DNA of 64,000 bases from Escherichia phage MRostami-2023e. The DNA lies in the sequence record OQ031495; one strand, given 5' to 3'. The position numbers and the translations under genes were made by a program. Positions 16,605 to 26,216 of the stretch are shown here, in pieces. A model generated the notes under the pieces. That model was given only the letters and a program-made list of their open reading frames with translations, did not search any database and was not told where the DNA came from. Each line of letters opens with the position of its first letter. Positions within the stretch are counted from its first letter, which is position 1.

Positions 16605-16907
16605 ATGGCCTTAAGAGCGATAGCTGTCATGGCGATGCTGGGGTTTTTTGCAGCAACAACTCCTAACGTTGGTACTGCATATGTTGACCCATATTTTGAT
16701 AACTTTATGGAATCAGGGATTAAAAACGTATATACTTTGTTTGAAATTCAAAATGTCGAGAATTCTGAAAAATTCTATAAGTATATGGCAAAGCATTACA
16801 AAAATAGCCCCTGTGATGATGCATTTGAATGTCATGAACAAGGCATAAAAACTGCCAGACAATTTGCCGAGTTCATGAAAATAAAATTAGAGCCTACATC
16901 TATCTAA
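16605..16907 (+). CDS. rI: lysis-inhibition regulator rI (antiholin)
   Basis: Signal-anchor N-terminus and DPYFDNFMESGIKNVYTLFE...C..FEC match remembered T4 RI. Confidence 0.8.
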   Translation: MALRAIAVMAMLGFFAATTPNVGTAYVDPYFDNFMESGIKNVYTLFEIQNVENSEKFYKYMAKHYKNSPCDDAFECHEQGIKTARQFAEFMKIKLEPTSI

Positions 16908-16912
16908 TTTAC

Positions 16913-16940
16913 TAGCCCCTTCCTTATGGTTGGGGCTTTT
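16913..16940 (+). terminator. rho-independent terminator
   Basis: agcccc...ggggct then TTTTT; near-copy of terminator at 723. Confidence 0.6.
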
Positions 16941-16951
16941 TGGCATCTATC

Positions 16952-16981
16952 AGTTTACTTCTCCTCAGGTTGTGTTATAGT
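16952..16981 (+). promoter_or_regulatory. T4-type early promoter candidate
   Basis: GTTTAC ... TGtTATAGT. Confidence 0.45.
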
Positions 16982-17008
16982 AAACCTTACTTACTAGAGG
17001 AGAACGTT

Positions 17009-17188
17009 ATGACACGTAAAGAAAAAATTTCTAAGTTAATGTTTTTGATTGAAGAGTACGCTAATGCGGTATCTGATTGGGAAAATGCTCATGGTTGCGA
17101 AGATGGAGACATCGACATTAACAGAGCTATGAAAAAGATGGCTGACGCCCACACCGAATTGCAAATGTATGTTAACGAGATTATGTGA
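17009..17188 (+). CDS. hypothetical small protein (59 aa)
   Basis: GAGGAGAACGTTATG start. Confidence 0.45.
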   Translation: MTRKEKISKLMFLIEEYANAVSDWENAHGCEDGDIDINRAMKKMADAHTELQMYVNEIM

Positions 17189-17195
17189 GGATATT

Positions 17196-17288
17196 ATGCT
17201 TTACGATTATACTGGAAAATCTGAAGACGGTGTACTTGAACTTTTACCTGAAAGCGCTGAAGATGATGATATGGTGGTGATGTTTTGT
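17196..17288 (+). CDS. hypothetical protein, 3' end masked
   Basis: ATG after GAGG; runs into N-run at 17289. Confidence 0.35.
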
Positions 17289-17669
17289 NNNNNNNNNNNN
17301 NNNNNNNNNNNNNNNNNNNNNNNNNNNNNNNNNNNNNNNNNNNNNNNNNNNNNNNNNNNNNNNNNNNNNNNNNNNNNNNNNNNNNNNNNNNNNNNNNNNN
17401 NNNNNNNNNNNNNNNNNNNNNNNNNNNNNNNNNNNNNNNNNNNNNNNNNNNNNNNNNNNNNNNNNNNNNNNNNNNNNNNNNNNNNNNNNNNNNNNNNNNN
17501 NNNNNNNNNNNNNNNNNNNNNNNNNNNNNNNNNNNNNNNNNNNNNNNNNNNNNNNNNNNNNNNNNNNNNNNNNNNNNNNNNNNNNNNNNNNNNNNNNNNN
17601 NNNNNNNNNNNNNNNNNNNNNNNNNNNNCAAGTTGAAGAACTTTATCGACATTTAAAACACAATCGGTA

Positions 17670-17700
17670 GTTTACATCTTGGTAGGATTATGTTATAGTA
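17670..17700 (+). promoter_or_regulatory. T4-type early promoter candidate
   Basis: GTTTACA ... TGtTATAGT with the ataggact palindrome. Confidence 0.45.
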
Positions 17701-17834
17701 GTCCTATCAAAACGAACGGAGACCAAAATGAAACTTTTGCTTATCGCTTATGTTGTAGTACAATATAATTATCCGATGTTTACTTATAACATGGTAAACG
17801 GCATAGTGAATCTTATTGAAACGAGTATGGTAAA

Positions 17835-18014
17835 ATGACCCGTGAACAAGCTAATAAATTGATGGACCTTATCCGTGACTTACGTGAAGCCGATTCAGAT
17901 TTGAATGATGTAGCTTATCATGCGGTAAATGATAACGGAGATTTTTATGAAAATCAGGTTGACGCTTGCCAGAATGCTTTGGTGAATTTTGTTGAAACTT
18001 TAATTGGTGAATAA
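17835..18014 (+). CDS. hypothetical small protein (59 aa)
   Basis: In-frame ORF MTREQANKLMDLIRDL...; coupled to next gene. Confidence 0.4.
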   Translation: MTREQANKLMDLIRDLREADSDLNDVAYHAVNDNGDFYENQVDACQNALVNFVETLIGE

Positions 18015-18015
18015 T

Positions 18016-18546
18016 ATGAAAACTGTAATTGAAACAACCGAGTTGTTTGGCGATTTATGTATCGAAAAACGTGGTTATGCTTACGTTCTGACACAAGAAG
18101 ATGATGCTGTTACTATTCTTCCTATGGAACTGGACAAGATTTTGAAACTCAATCCGCCCGGCCATGCATCTGTAATTAACATTGATGAAGACCTTCAAGT
18201 TCGTTTTTATCACGGTCTTTATAGTGGGGTTAATATCGAAACAGAAGATGAATGCCTTTCTATCAATAATTGGAAAACATTCGTCACTAAGGTGAAAGAA
18301 TTCATAGAATCTGAAACTGCCAAAAAGGCCAAACTTCAATGGGCTAAATGCCGTAATGCTTTTATTACAAATCAGGACCGCCCTGACTATACAACAGTCC
18401 TAGGCGTTAATCCTTCTTATGAAGACGGTGATGTCGTAGTTATTCGCCAAATTGATGACCTTCGTCAACATATCATTACATTAGACAAAGATGAGGCAGT
18501 TGCTCTTAAAGCTTATCTCGATTCTATTATCCCAACTTTGAAATAA
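18016..18546 (+). CDS. hypothetical protein (176 aa)
   Basis: ORF. Confidence 0.5.
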   Translation: MKTVIETTELFGDLCIEKRGYAYVLTQEDDAVTILPMELDKILKLNPPGHASVINIDEDLQVRFYHGLYSGVNIETEDECLSINNWKTFVTKVKEFIESETAKKAKLQWAKCRNAFITNQDRPDYTTVLGVNPSYEDGDVVVIRQIDDLRQHIITLDKDEAVALKAYLDSIIPTLK

Positions 18547-18555
18547 GGAATTATT

Positions 18556-19029
18556 ATGATTATCAATGAAAACTCTTGGCACTTTAAACTTTATGCAGCG
18601 TTCAATAGTACATGGAATCGCCCGAAAACATTATGTGCTTATTTTTGGAAAACGTTAATCCCAGTATTGGCTGTTTCAATTATTGGATTTGCGATTTTAG
18701 CAGCAGTCACAATTATTGGCCAGGAAATTTTAACTAGATTCTTTGTTTTTAGCAGTCTATGGACATTAGTTCCGGCCTCAATTGGCGTAGGCATTTTAAT
18801 GGTAGCAGTCATGGCTTTTATTTCTGTAGGGTTGGTAATTGGCCCGTCTTGGTTGTTAGACAAATATAACGACAGAAAATATTATAAAGAAATTGAGTTC
18901 ATTGCACAAAACCAAGAACGAATTAAAAATGGACTTGAACCTATTGAACGTAAGAAATCATTAATAGGTGAATACCTTAAAGCTCGTAAAGAAAAAGTCT
19001 GTCCTACTCTTGAATATAAGGCTAAATGA
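18556..19029 (+). CDS. membrane protein (157 aa)
   Basis: Three or four hydrophobic segments. Confidence 0.5.
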   Translation: MIINENSWHFKLYAAFNSTWNRPKTLCAYFWKTLIPVLAVSIIGFAILAAVTIIGQEILTRFFVFSSLWTLVPASIGVGILMVAVMAFISVGLVIGPSWLLDKYNDRKYYKEIEFIAQNQERIKNGLEPIERKKSLIGEYLKARKEKVCPTLEYKAK

Positions 19030-20015
19030 TGAAAACAATTATGAAAGGCTACTTTGGTAGTCACCTTTATGGAACGTCCACTCCTGAATCTGACGTCGAT
19101 TTTAAAGAAATTTATGTCCCTCATGCTCGTGATATCTTGACCGGTAACGTTAAAGAACACATGAGCAAGAACACGAATAACACATCTTCTAAGAACACAA
19201 AAGACGACGTGGACCATGAGTTGTATAGTCTCAAATATTTCTTTAAACTAGCTGCGGATGGTGAAACTGTCGCATTAGATATGCTTCACACTCCACCAAG
19301 CCTAGTAGTTAAATCTGATTTGCCTGATGTATGGAAGTATATTCAAGATAACAGGTCTCGTTTCTATACCACTAACATGAAATCTTATTTAGGGTATGTC
19401 CGTAAGCAAGCTTCTAAATACGGTGTCAAGGGTTCTCGACTGGCTATTCTTCGACAAGCCCTTAAACGTTCTAATGAATGGGGACAATACTTTGATAATG
19501 GTGCAGTAATTCGTTTATCACATATGAAGAATGTTCTGCCTGTAGGTGAATTTGCTTCGTGGGTTGAAACCGAAAACGAGAAAACAGGTAAGCAAACATT
19601 CTATAATCTGTTGGACCGTAAATTCCAAGACACGTTAACCAATAAAGAGTTCAATGCCATCCTGGTTAAACTGGAAGAGAACTACGGTGAACGTGCTCGT
19701 AAGGCAGAAGCTAACGAAGGTATTGACTGGAAAGCATTGAGTCATGCGTGTCGTGGTGGACTTCAATTATTGGAAATTTACAAAACCGGCGACCTGGTTT
19801 ACCCACTTCAGGATGCTCCATTTATTCTCGATGTTAAGCTTGGTAAACATACGTTTAAAACTGTACAAGAATTCCTAGAAGATATCGTTGACCAAGTTGA
19901 ACATGCATCGGAACAAGCCGCTAAGAACGGTATGCAACAAAAAGTAGATATGAGTTTCTGGGATGATTTCCTTGAGCAAGTCTATCTCGAAAATCATAAT
20001 TCTTACTATAAATAA
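19026..20015 (+). CDS. predicted nucleotidyltransferase (Pol-beta-like NTase fold) with helical C-terminal domain
   Basis: N-terminal YFGSHLYGTSTPESDVDF matches G[GS]x9-13DxD NTase signature. Confidence 0.55.
   Translation: MMKTIMKGYFGSHLYGTSTPESDVDFKEIYVPHARDILTGNVKEHMSKNTNNTSSKNTKDDVDHELYSLKYFFKLAADGETVALDMLHTPPSLVVKSDLPDVWKYIQDNRSRFYTTNMKSYLGYVRKQASKYGVKGSRLAILRQALKRSNEWGQYFDNGAVIRLSHMKNVLPVGEFASWVETENEKTGKQTFYNLLDRKFQDTLTNKEFNAILVKLEENYGERARKAEANEGIDWKALSHACRGGLQLLEIYKTGDLVYPLQDAPFILDVKLGKHTFKTVQEFLEDIVDQVEHASEQAAKNGMQQKVDMSFWDDFLEQVYLENHNSYYK
20007..20014 (+). promoter_or_regulatory. T4-type late promoter core TATAAATA
   Basis: Exact TATAAATA overlapping the upstream stop, about 33 nt before the 20047 start. 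Confidence 0.45.
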
Positions 20016-20046
20016 ATAGATAAATAACCATTAACTTGAGGTAAAT

Positions 20047-20325
20047 ATGAAAAAATTAGTAATTGGTTTATTCGCAGTAATGATGGCATTCTCTGTTGGT
20101 GCTACCACGGGTGCAGCCAGCGGTGCAGGAGCTGGTGGTAACCAGTCTTCTGGGCCTTCCAATGGTTCGGTAAATGCATCACATTCTCAAGGTATTGAGA
20201 ACATTAAATCAAGCTATATTAATAGCACGGCCGGACAAGCAACTGAAGCATGGTCAAAGGGTCGAGTAGTTACTCACTCCGTATTCTGTGATATGCCTAA
20301 TTATGTTGCTAAGTGCGATAAGTAA
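20047..20325 (+). CDS. secreted Gly/Ala/Ser-rich small protein
   Basis: Signal peptide MKKLVIGLFAVMMAFSVGA. Confidence 0.55.
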   Translation: MKKLVIGLFAVMMAFSVGATTGAASGAGAGGNQSSGPSNGSVNASHSQGIENIKSSYINSTAGQATEAWSKGRVVTHSVFCDMPNYVAKCDK

Positions 20326-20330
20326 ATGTG

Positions 20331-20350
20331 GGGACCTTCGGGTCCCTTTA
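20331..20350 (+). terminator. rho-independent terminator (UUCG tetraloop)
   Basis: gggacc-ttcg-ggtccc then ttta. Confidence 0.6.
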
Positions 20351-20376
20351 GGGGGTTAAAATATTTTTAAAAAGTA

Positions 20377-20408
20377 GTGTACATGCTTTTAGGATATGTT
20401 ATTATAGA
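20377..20408 (+). promoter_or_regulatory. early promoter candidate
   Basis: GTGTAC ... TGtTATTATag. Confidence 0.4.
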
Positions 20409-20443
20409 CCTATCGAAACGAAATGAGTAAATTGGAGAATAAA

Positions 20444-21424
20444 ATGTTCAACGTTCAAATCAAAAAAGGTATCTATCGTAATAACGAAATCTCTGGTTCT
20501 TATGTTGCCACAAAGACCTGGTTCCCAGCAAAGCTTAATCCTGAATGTTCCCACTTAGGTGACGGTAAAATTTTCGTTATGATTGATGGTTCTGAACGTG
20601 GAGTATGGGTCTTCAAATCAGACATCGTAATGGAAGGAGTTGAGACATCACCAGTTGCAGTTGTTGAAAGCACTGAAGATATGAAAACTCGTATCAACAA
20701 ACGCTTTAAAGTAATGAACATGATGACGAATGGCATTATCGATGGCAAAATTCGTTCACTCATTATTTCAGGTGCAGCCGGTATTGGTAAGACGTATTCT
20801 CTGGATAAAGCACTTAATAATGCTAATGATAATGGTTTCATCAAATACAAAAGCATTAATGGTAAAATCTCTGGTATTGGCCTTTACGAACAACTTTGGC
20901 TCAACCGTGATGCAGACAGCGTTCTCTTAATCGATGACGTTGACGTATTCTCAGATATGGACATCTTGAATCTTCTTAAAGCAGCATTAGATACTGGAGA
21001 TAAACGCAAAGTTTGTTGGAGCACTGCGTCATCTTATCTCGATGATAAGGGTATTGATAAAGAATTTGAGTTTGAAGGTACTATCGTTTTCATTACAAAC
21101 GTTGATATCGATAAAGAGTTAGAACGCGGTTCGAAACTTGCTCCACACCTTCAAGCTTTAGTATCTCGCTCAGTGTATCTCGACCTTGGAGTACACTCTA
21201 ATGAAGAGATTATGGTTCGAGTTGAAGATGTAATATTATCTACTGACATGATGCAGAAACGTGGTCTGACTGATGCAGAAACGTATAAAGCATTGTCCTG
21301 GATGAAGGCTAATGTATCTCGTCTTCGCAATGTATCATTACGTACCGCTCTTTATGTAGCAGATTTTATTTCAACTGATAAAGATGGTTGGGAGGAAATC
21401 TCTGAAGTAACTTTACTGAAATAA
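20444..21424 (+). CDS. AAA+/P-loop ATPase
   Basis: Walker A GAAGIGKT, Walker B VLLIDDVD. Confidence 0.65.
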   Translation: MFNVQIKKGIYRNNEISGSYVATKTWFPAKLNPECSHLGDGKIFVMIDGSERGVWVFKSDIVMEGVETSPVAVVESTEDMKTRINKRFKVMNMMTNGIIDGKIRSLIISGAAGIGKTYSLDKALNNANDNGFIKYKSINGKISGIGLYEQLWLNRDADSVLLIDDVDVFSDMDILNLLKAALDTGDKRKVCWSTASSYLDDKGIDKEFEFEGTIVFITNVDIDKELERGSKLAPHLQALVSRSVYLDLGVHSNEEIMVRVEDVILSTDMMQKRGLTDAETYKALSWMKANVSRLRNVSLRTALYVADFISTDKDGWEEISEVTLLK

Positions 21425-21562
21425 GCTTATAGGAAGTTCTGAGGTAACAAAAGCCATAAAGATGAATAATCATATGGCTTACCTCAAAGAAGGACACCAG
21501 GAACCTACTGAGGGCATAGAAATATTTAAAAATAATGATGTACAAATCAAAGAGGATATGTT

Positions 21563-21850
21563 ATGGATTTTATGCAAAAAATTAAAGCCGCAGTCGAACT
21601 CTATGCTCATCGTATGGTTAGTTCTACAATGCAATATAGCGAGGAGGTTCGCCAGGACTCTTCCTTGAAAGGAAAAACTAAAGCCTTAATTACCTTAGAC
21701 CGTTTGCAAAAGAATGCCATAGAGATGCTCCAGTACGACAAGGGTGTATATAAGAAAGAACTGGAAGAGAAACTTAAATCTGAAAAATTACAAAAAATCC
21801 CGAAGTCTGTTTGGTTCAGTGGAAAAAATACCGAAAAAAGTTTCTTTTAG
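21563..21850 (+). CDS. hypothetical protein (95 aa)
   Basis: AGAGGATATGTTATG start; overlapping alternative ORF 21462-21668 judged less likely. Confidence 0.4.
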   Translation: MDFMQKIKAAVELYAHRMVSSTMQYSEEVRQDSSLKGKTKALITLDRLQKNAIEMLQYDKGVYKKELEEKLKSEKLQKIPKSVWFSGKNTEKSFF

Positions 21851-21853
21851 TTG

Positions 21854-21884
21854 TTTACAAGGTCTATAGTTATGTTATTATAGA
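21854..21884 (+). promoter_or_regulatory. T4-type early promoter candidate
   Basis: GTTTACA ... TGtTATTATag. Confidence 0.45.
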
Positions 21885-21908
21885 CCTATCAACTACTGGA
21901 GGTAAAAC

Positions 21909-22436
21909 ATGAACGCTAAAGATATTTTCAACCTGGTAAATTATAACGACGGTAAATTTAAATCTGAAGCACAAAGCAAGTTCTTTAATGACGTTGCTTA
22001 TGGTAACGAGATTACCGTGGACGGAGGTCAGATTTTCAAATCTCGCTGGAATTGGATTGTTATCATCGATTCAGTTGGAATTGTGGAAGTCTACAAAAAC
22101 ACTAACAAAAAACGTACATTATTCTGGTCTCGTGAAACTAACGAGCAGTACAAAAAGGATAAAGCATCTCGTTTATCCAAAGTAACCCAGGAAGATATCG
22201 AGTTTATCAAGAAAGATATCGAGATGTACGAAAATTTAATCGCTGAAGACCAGGCCGTACTCGATAAGTTTGATGAAATTAAAGCTTCTCGTGAAATCCC
22301 TGACTTCATGAAAGAAACAGTAAACGAACGATACGCTCTCACTTCAGAACGTATTGCAAACTATACAAAACAGAAAGCAGAACGTATTAGTACTCTTCGG
22401 AAATTTGAAGAACGTTTAAAGACGGTTCACGCATAA
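21909..22436 (+). CDS. hypothetical protein (175 aa)
   Basis: GGAGG Shine-Dalgarno plus ATG. Confidence 0.55.
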   Translation: MNAKDIFNLVNYNDGKFKSEAQSKFFNDVAYGNEITVDGGQIFKSRWNWIVIIDSVGIVEVYKNTNKKRTLFWSRETNEQYKKDKASRLSKVTQEDIEFIKKDIEMYENLIAEDQAVLDKFDEIKASREIPDFMKETVNERYALTSERIANYTKQKAERISTLRKFEERLKTVHA

Positions 22437-22463
22437 ACGCTTTACCCAAGGACGGGTTATAAT
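22435..22463 (+). promoter_or_regulatory. middle (MotA-box-like) promoter candidate
   Basis: aaaCGCTTTA box, 12-13 nt spacer, TATAAT. Confidence 0.4.
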
Positions 22464-22498
22464 GGTTCTGAGTTCCAATTCAATCTGAGGAAATAGTT

Positions 22499-23494
22499 AT
22501 GAGCATTACATCTGATGCGGTAAAACATGAAATTAACGGTTTATGTGCTTCACAGATTAAAGTGTGGTTTAAAGACCATAACGATCGCAGAGCACTTAAT
22601 TATGAACAAATTGCTATCCAAGTTCATCAATTACTGGTTAGTAAATTTGATTTTCATATGCCGTCTGAAATCTATACTAATCTGCCGCGAGCACTTATTA
22701 AAGCGTGTAAAGGTTATGGAAAATCAATGGCTGATGGAATCTTCAGCGCGCTGAATAAACTTAACGTTCTGTCGATGATTAACTCTAACAACATCCTGCG
22801 TAATCTAGGACGTACTGATTTGTTCGGTCGTGAACAGTGTAAAATGCCTTTGAAATGGATTGTTGCTCATCTTAACGAGAACCAAACACGTTTTATGGCC
22901 GTAACAGCACGCTTACAAATGGGCCTAGATCGTCAGATGAACTTTAAAACTCATCCACGTTATTCAGGTTCAACTGACTTTTATAAATGTGAGCTTCAAA
23001 AGGTTGCAGGTAAAACTGTCTTAGTAGTTCGTGTAACGTTTGAAGGACGACGTCAAGGATATTTTGACATAATCGGCTCCGGGCTTAAACATTGCGGATT
23101 TATCGACGAAGTTGATATCAAGCGAGACGGCACCGGATATCGTATTGGGTATGTTTGTACTCTTAAAGAAGAGATTTCAGGACCAGCACCAGGACTAAAA
23201 GACGTTAGATATAAAGACGAGCTCGTTGAAGAAATAAAAGAAGTTGAATATGATATCAACCAAGAAGATGCTCTTAAAGACCTTATTGATGAACTGAACC
23301 AAGACGTTATTCCTGTTCAGAAATTTGAATCAAAACATGCTGAGCAAATCAAATACTTTGAAGCTTTGATTAACGAACTTAATGTAACTATTCAACAGAC
23401 TGACGATGAAATCTCACGATTAGCAGGCTTAAATGGTAAAAATAAAACAGAACGAGCTAATCTTATTCAGGTAGTAAAACTTCTTAAGGAATGA
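22499..23494 (+). CDS. hypothetical protein (331 aa) with C-terminal coiled coil
   Basis: ORF; last about 70 aa heptad-rich. Confidence 0.55.
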   Translation: MSITSDAVKHEINGLCASQIKVWFKDHNDRRALNYEQIAIQVHQLLVSKFDFHMPSEIYTNLPRALIKACKGYGKSMADGIFSALNKLNVLSMINSNNILRNLGRTDLFGREQCKMPLKWIVAHLNENQTRFMAVTARLQMGLDRQMNFKTHPRYSGSTDFYKCELQKVAGKTVLVVRVTFEGRRQGYFDIIGSGLKHCGFIDEVDIKRDGTGYRIGYVCTLKEEISGPAPGLKDVRYKDELVEEIKEVEYDINQEDALKDLIDELNQDVIPVQKFESKHAEQIKYFEALINELNVTIQQTDDEISRLAGLNGKNKTERANLIQVVKLLKE

Positions 23495-23522
23495 TGTACA
23501 ACCAAGGATGGTTGGAGTATAA
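23495..23522 (+). promoter_or_regulatory. early promoter candidate
   Basis: aTGTACA accaaggatggttggag TATAAT. Confidence 0.45.
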
Positions 23523-23549
23523 TAAATTTTTCAACATGAGGAATATAAA

Positions 23550-24485
23550 ATGGCTTTTATTACACGTAAAGAACTTATCAAAGAATTTACCTCGAACGCA
23601 TATACTCCAGGACCTAATCCTATCCGTATGCCTGTAAAGACTCCTGAAGAGATTGAGGAAGTCTGTTCATATTATGGGATTACTTCTCGTAAGTTTACTC
23701 AATTTGAATGCGTTACTAACACACCCGTTAAAGAGTTCATTAAAAATGGTGAGTTCAGCCGTTTATTAGCCAAACAGAAACTTCGTAATTTTTGTATTGG
23801 CGGTGAAGGACAATATTTCGCTAAGCAGTTCCGGAATAACCTTAACAATCTGATGGCCATTGCTTCTCGTATTCGTCCTCAAGCAATTAACATGAAACAT
23901 TTGAAATATACTTACGATAAGTTGGAAATCATGGTTATCAGTGAGAATGAGTTCACTCTTACGTATAAACCTAAGAATGATAACGTTGCTCGTGTATTTC
24001 ACCAAGCGTTGGAAGTTTTAGGTGATAATATCCACCAGATTAAAGCAATTTATTCACGTGAGCTTAATATTATCAACCCCATCAAGAATAAGGGTCATAT
24101 TGCTATCCAGGCTCGTGTATCTATTGGTAAAAAGGTTCCTGCGCCATGGTGGCACAAAGACTCTGAATACTATCAAAATCTTAAAAAGGAAAATGCATTG
24201 TTTGAAGCATCGCTTACTGGAACCCCAATTGAACAGGCCGAAGTCCTAAGTGCTTATTCTACTTCTNNNNNNNNNNNNNNNNNNNNNNNNNNNAAACTAA
24301 AAGTTTCTAATGACCTTCTTCCGGCCGAAGATTACCATTACAATCAAATCAAGGCCACTATGGACCAACTGTCTGTTGAACTTGACAAAGCACAAGCTAA
24401 GCTTCGTGATGCTCAAAGTGTTGTAACGAATCTCCAGTTGCAGTATTCTAAACTTTTTAACGCAATGAATGCATTAAAATCATAA
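23550..24485 (+). CDS. hypothetical protein (311 aa) with C-terminal coiled coil; contains 27-nt masked stretch
   Basis: ORF; C-terminal heptad-rich tail. Confidence 0.55.
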   Translation: MAFITRKELIKEFTSNAYTPGPNPIRMPVKTPEEIEEVCSYYGITSRKFTQFECVTNTPVKEFIKNGEFSRLLAKQKLRNFCIGGEGQYFAKQFRNNLNNLMAIASRIRPQAINMKHLKYTYDKLEIMVISENEFTLTYKPKNDNVARVFHQALEVLGDNIHQIKAIYSRELNIINPIKNKGHIAIQARVSIGKKVPAPWWHKDSEYYQNLKKENALFEASLTGTPIEQAEVLSAYSTSXXXXXXXXXKLKVSNDLLPAEDYHYNQIKATMDQLSVELDKAQAKLRDAQSVVTNLQLQYSKLFNAMNALKS

Positions 24486-24489
24486 AATA

Positions 24490-24519
24490 GTTTACAACCA
24501 AGGATGGTTGGAGTATAAT
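24490..24519 (+). promoter_or_regulatory. T4-type early promoter candidate
   Basis: GTTTACA accaaggatggttggag TATAAT; same spacer as at 23495. Confidence 0.5.
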
Positions 24520-24547
24520 GAATCTATCTTAACGAGAGGAAAATATT

Positions 24548-25498
24548 ATGACACGTTCACATTACATTGAATACTTTGCAGGTCTTATCGCTAACGTTCA
24601 CGCCCAACGTGCTTCTGGTGCACTAGGATTTGATGTTCCACACCGAGATGTAGTAAGTGGTATTCTTCGCGATTTTGGTACATACATAGGCCAAGAAAAT
24701 CATATCTGTAAAGATACTCAAAATGCGTATTCTCATTCGTTAGGGACGTTGCTTCAATGGTTCAAACGTTCTCGTTTATTATCTTCTACTGTAGCTCGCG
24801 ATAACATTAAAAACTTTATGAAACCGAGCTTTATTAAATCTGTGACATCTAAAACTGATTTGGTTGAATTCACTATTGTTAATGATGTTAAAAAGACTCA
24901 TTTGGCTGATTGGTTATCTACCATTCCTGAAACTAAATTTGCTGATAAATTTGCTTGTGAATTCAATAACCAAGTGAATATGCTTTTTAAACATTCTCGT
25001 AAATTATTCACAGGCGGCGATGATCGTACAAATAAAGTTCATGTTAAAGATTGGGTTACTGCAGTATTCAAACCAACCGGTAATGGTAACGCATCATTAT
25101 CAATTGATATCCAGGTTCCTTATTACTACTCACGTAATCTCGGTACCATGAAAGCCGAAGAAATTAATAAGCGCAACAAAACCATTCGTTCGCTGTCTTA
25201 TAAACTTCGCATGATGTTAAGAATCATGGACGTGGTAGAAATGTATGATGAAACCGAAGATAATGGTTCAATGTTATACAGTTCTCGCATTCAAATTAAG
25301 TTGAAGAACCCTAACGAGTATAAGCCTAAGCCTATTAAAGAACCTAAAGTAGAAAAAGTTGATAACTTAAGAGAAGAACGCGAATATCTCAAATCTCGTC
25401 TGAAAGAAGTCGAAGCCCAGATTGCAGAACAAACTAAATCGTTAAAAGCTCTGAATGCGAAAGCGGATGGTTTACGAAATGCCATTGAGGTGTTATAA
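24548..25498 (+). CDS. hypothetical protein (316 aa) with C-terminal coiled coil
   Basis: ORF; C-terminal EEREYLKSRLKEVEAQIAEQTKSLKALNAK. Confidence 0.55.
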   Translation: MTRSHYIEYFAGLIANVHAQRASGALGFDVPHRDVVSGILRDFGTYIGQENHICKDTQNAYSHSLGTLLQWFKRSRLLSSTVARDNIKNFMKPSFIKSVTSKTDLVEFTIVNDVKKTHLADWLSTIPETKFADKFACEFNNQVNMLFKHSRKLFTGGDDRTNKVHVKDWVTAVFKPTGNGNASLSIDIQVPYYYSRNLGTMKAEEINKRNKTIRSLSYKLRMMLRIMDVVEMYDETEDNGSMLYSSRIQIKLKNPNEYKPKPIKEPKVEKVDNLREEREYLKSRLKEVEAQIAEQTKSLKALNAKADGLRNAIEVL

Positions 25499-25803
25499 TG
25501 AAACTACGTCTTTTAGAGGATATTGATATGAGCACTAATCATGGCTTGGTTAAGTTTATTGACGATAGTTCAAAGATCGAATTTGTTCAGCGAGATAAAA
25601 TCCACGGTGAAGAAGAGTTCGTTCCTCCGGCATGGAACGAAATAATGAAAATGGTTGAACGACGTGAAAATGCTGCCAAATCGGCAGCAAAACATCCATG
25701 TCCGGAATGTGGAACTATCCAAGTCCAACTGGTTAACTGGACCAGTGATAACTTGAAATTGAAATGCCGTAAATGCTTCCACAAATTTGAGAGAACATTA
25801 TAA
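25498..25803 (+). CDS. zinc-ribbon protein (about 100 aa)
   Basis: CPEC...(19 aa)...CRKC; start may be 25528. Confidence 0.5.
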   Translation: MKLRLLEDIDMSTNHGLVKFIDDSSKIEFVQRDKIHGEEEFVPPAWNEIMKMVERRENAAKSAAKHPCPECGTIQVQLVNWTSDNLKLKCRKCFHKFERTL

Positions 25804-26216
25804 TGAGATATAGCCTTCGTTGTTTTATCGCAGCTTTAGTTTTTGCTATTATTCCATTCATTTGGAACAGCCAGAATACTTACATGGAAACTAAAGTAAT
25901 TCCTGTGGAGGTAGTGGAATTAATTTCAGGTCAATCTACAGGAAAATATTCTAAATTAGAATTTATTGCAGTTTATAAAGATGAGCAAGGACGAGTTTTT
26001 GACAGGCGTGTATCTCCATCATTTTATACGCTTCTGAATAAAGGTGATACGATAGCTATAGAAATTCGTGAGATGGATATCAAACAAACTACTAAAGATA
26101 ACTTGATTTGGTTCTTTGGTACAGTGTTGTTGGTTTCTATCTGTATCACAGGTTTTATTACATGTATTGTATTTGGCATTGCATATTTAATCGATGAAAG
26201 GAAAAATAATGTTTAA
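25803..26216 (+). CDS. membrane protein (137 aa)
   Basis: N- and C-terminal TM segments. Confidence 0.5.
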   Translation: MRYSLRCFIAALVFAIIPFIWNSQNTYMETKVIPVEVVELISGQSTGKYSKLEFIAVYKDEQGRVFDRRVSPSFYTLLNKGDTIAIEIREMDIKQTTKDNLIWFFGTVLLVSICITGFITCIVFGIAYLIDERKNNV

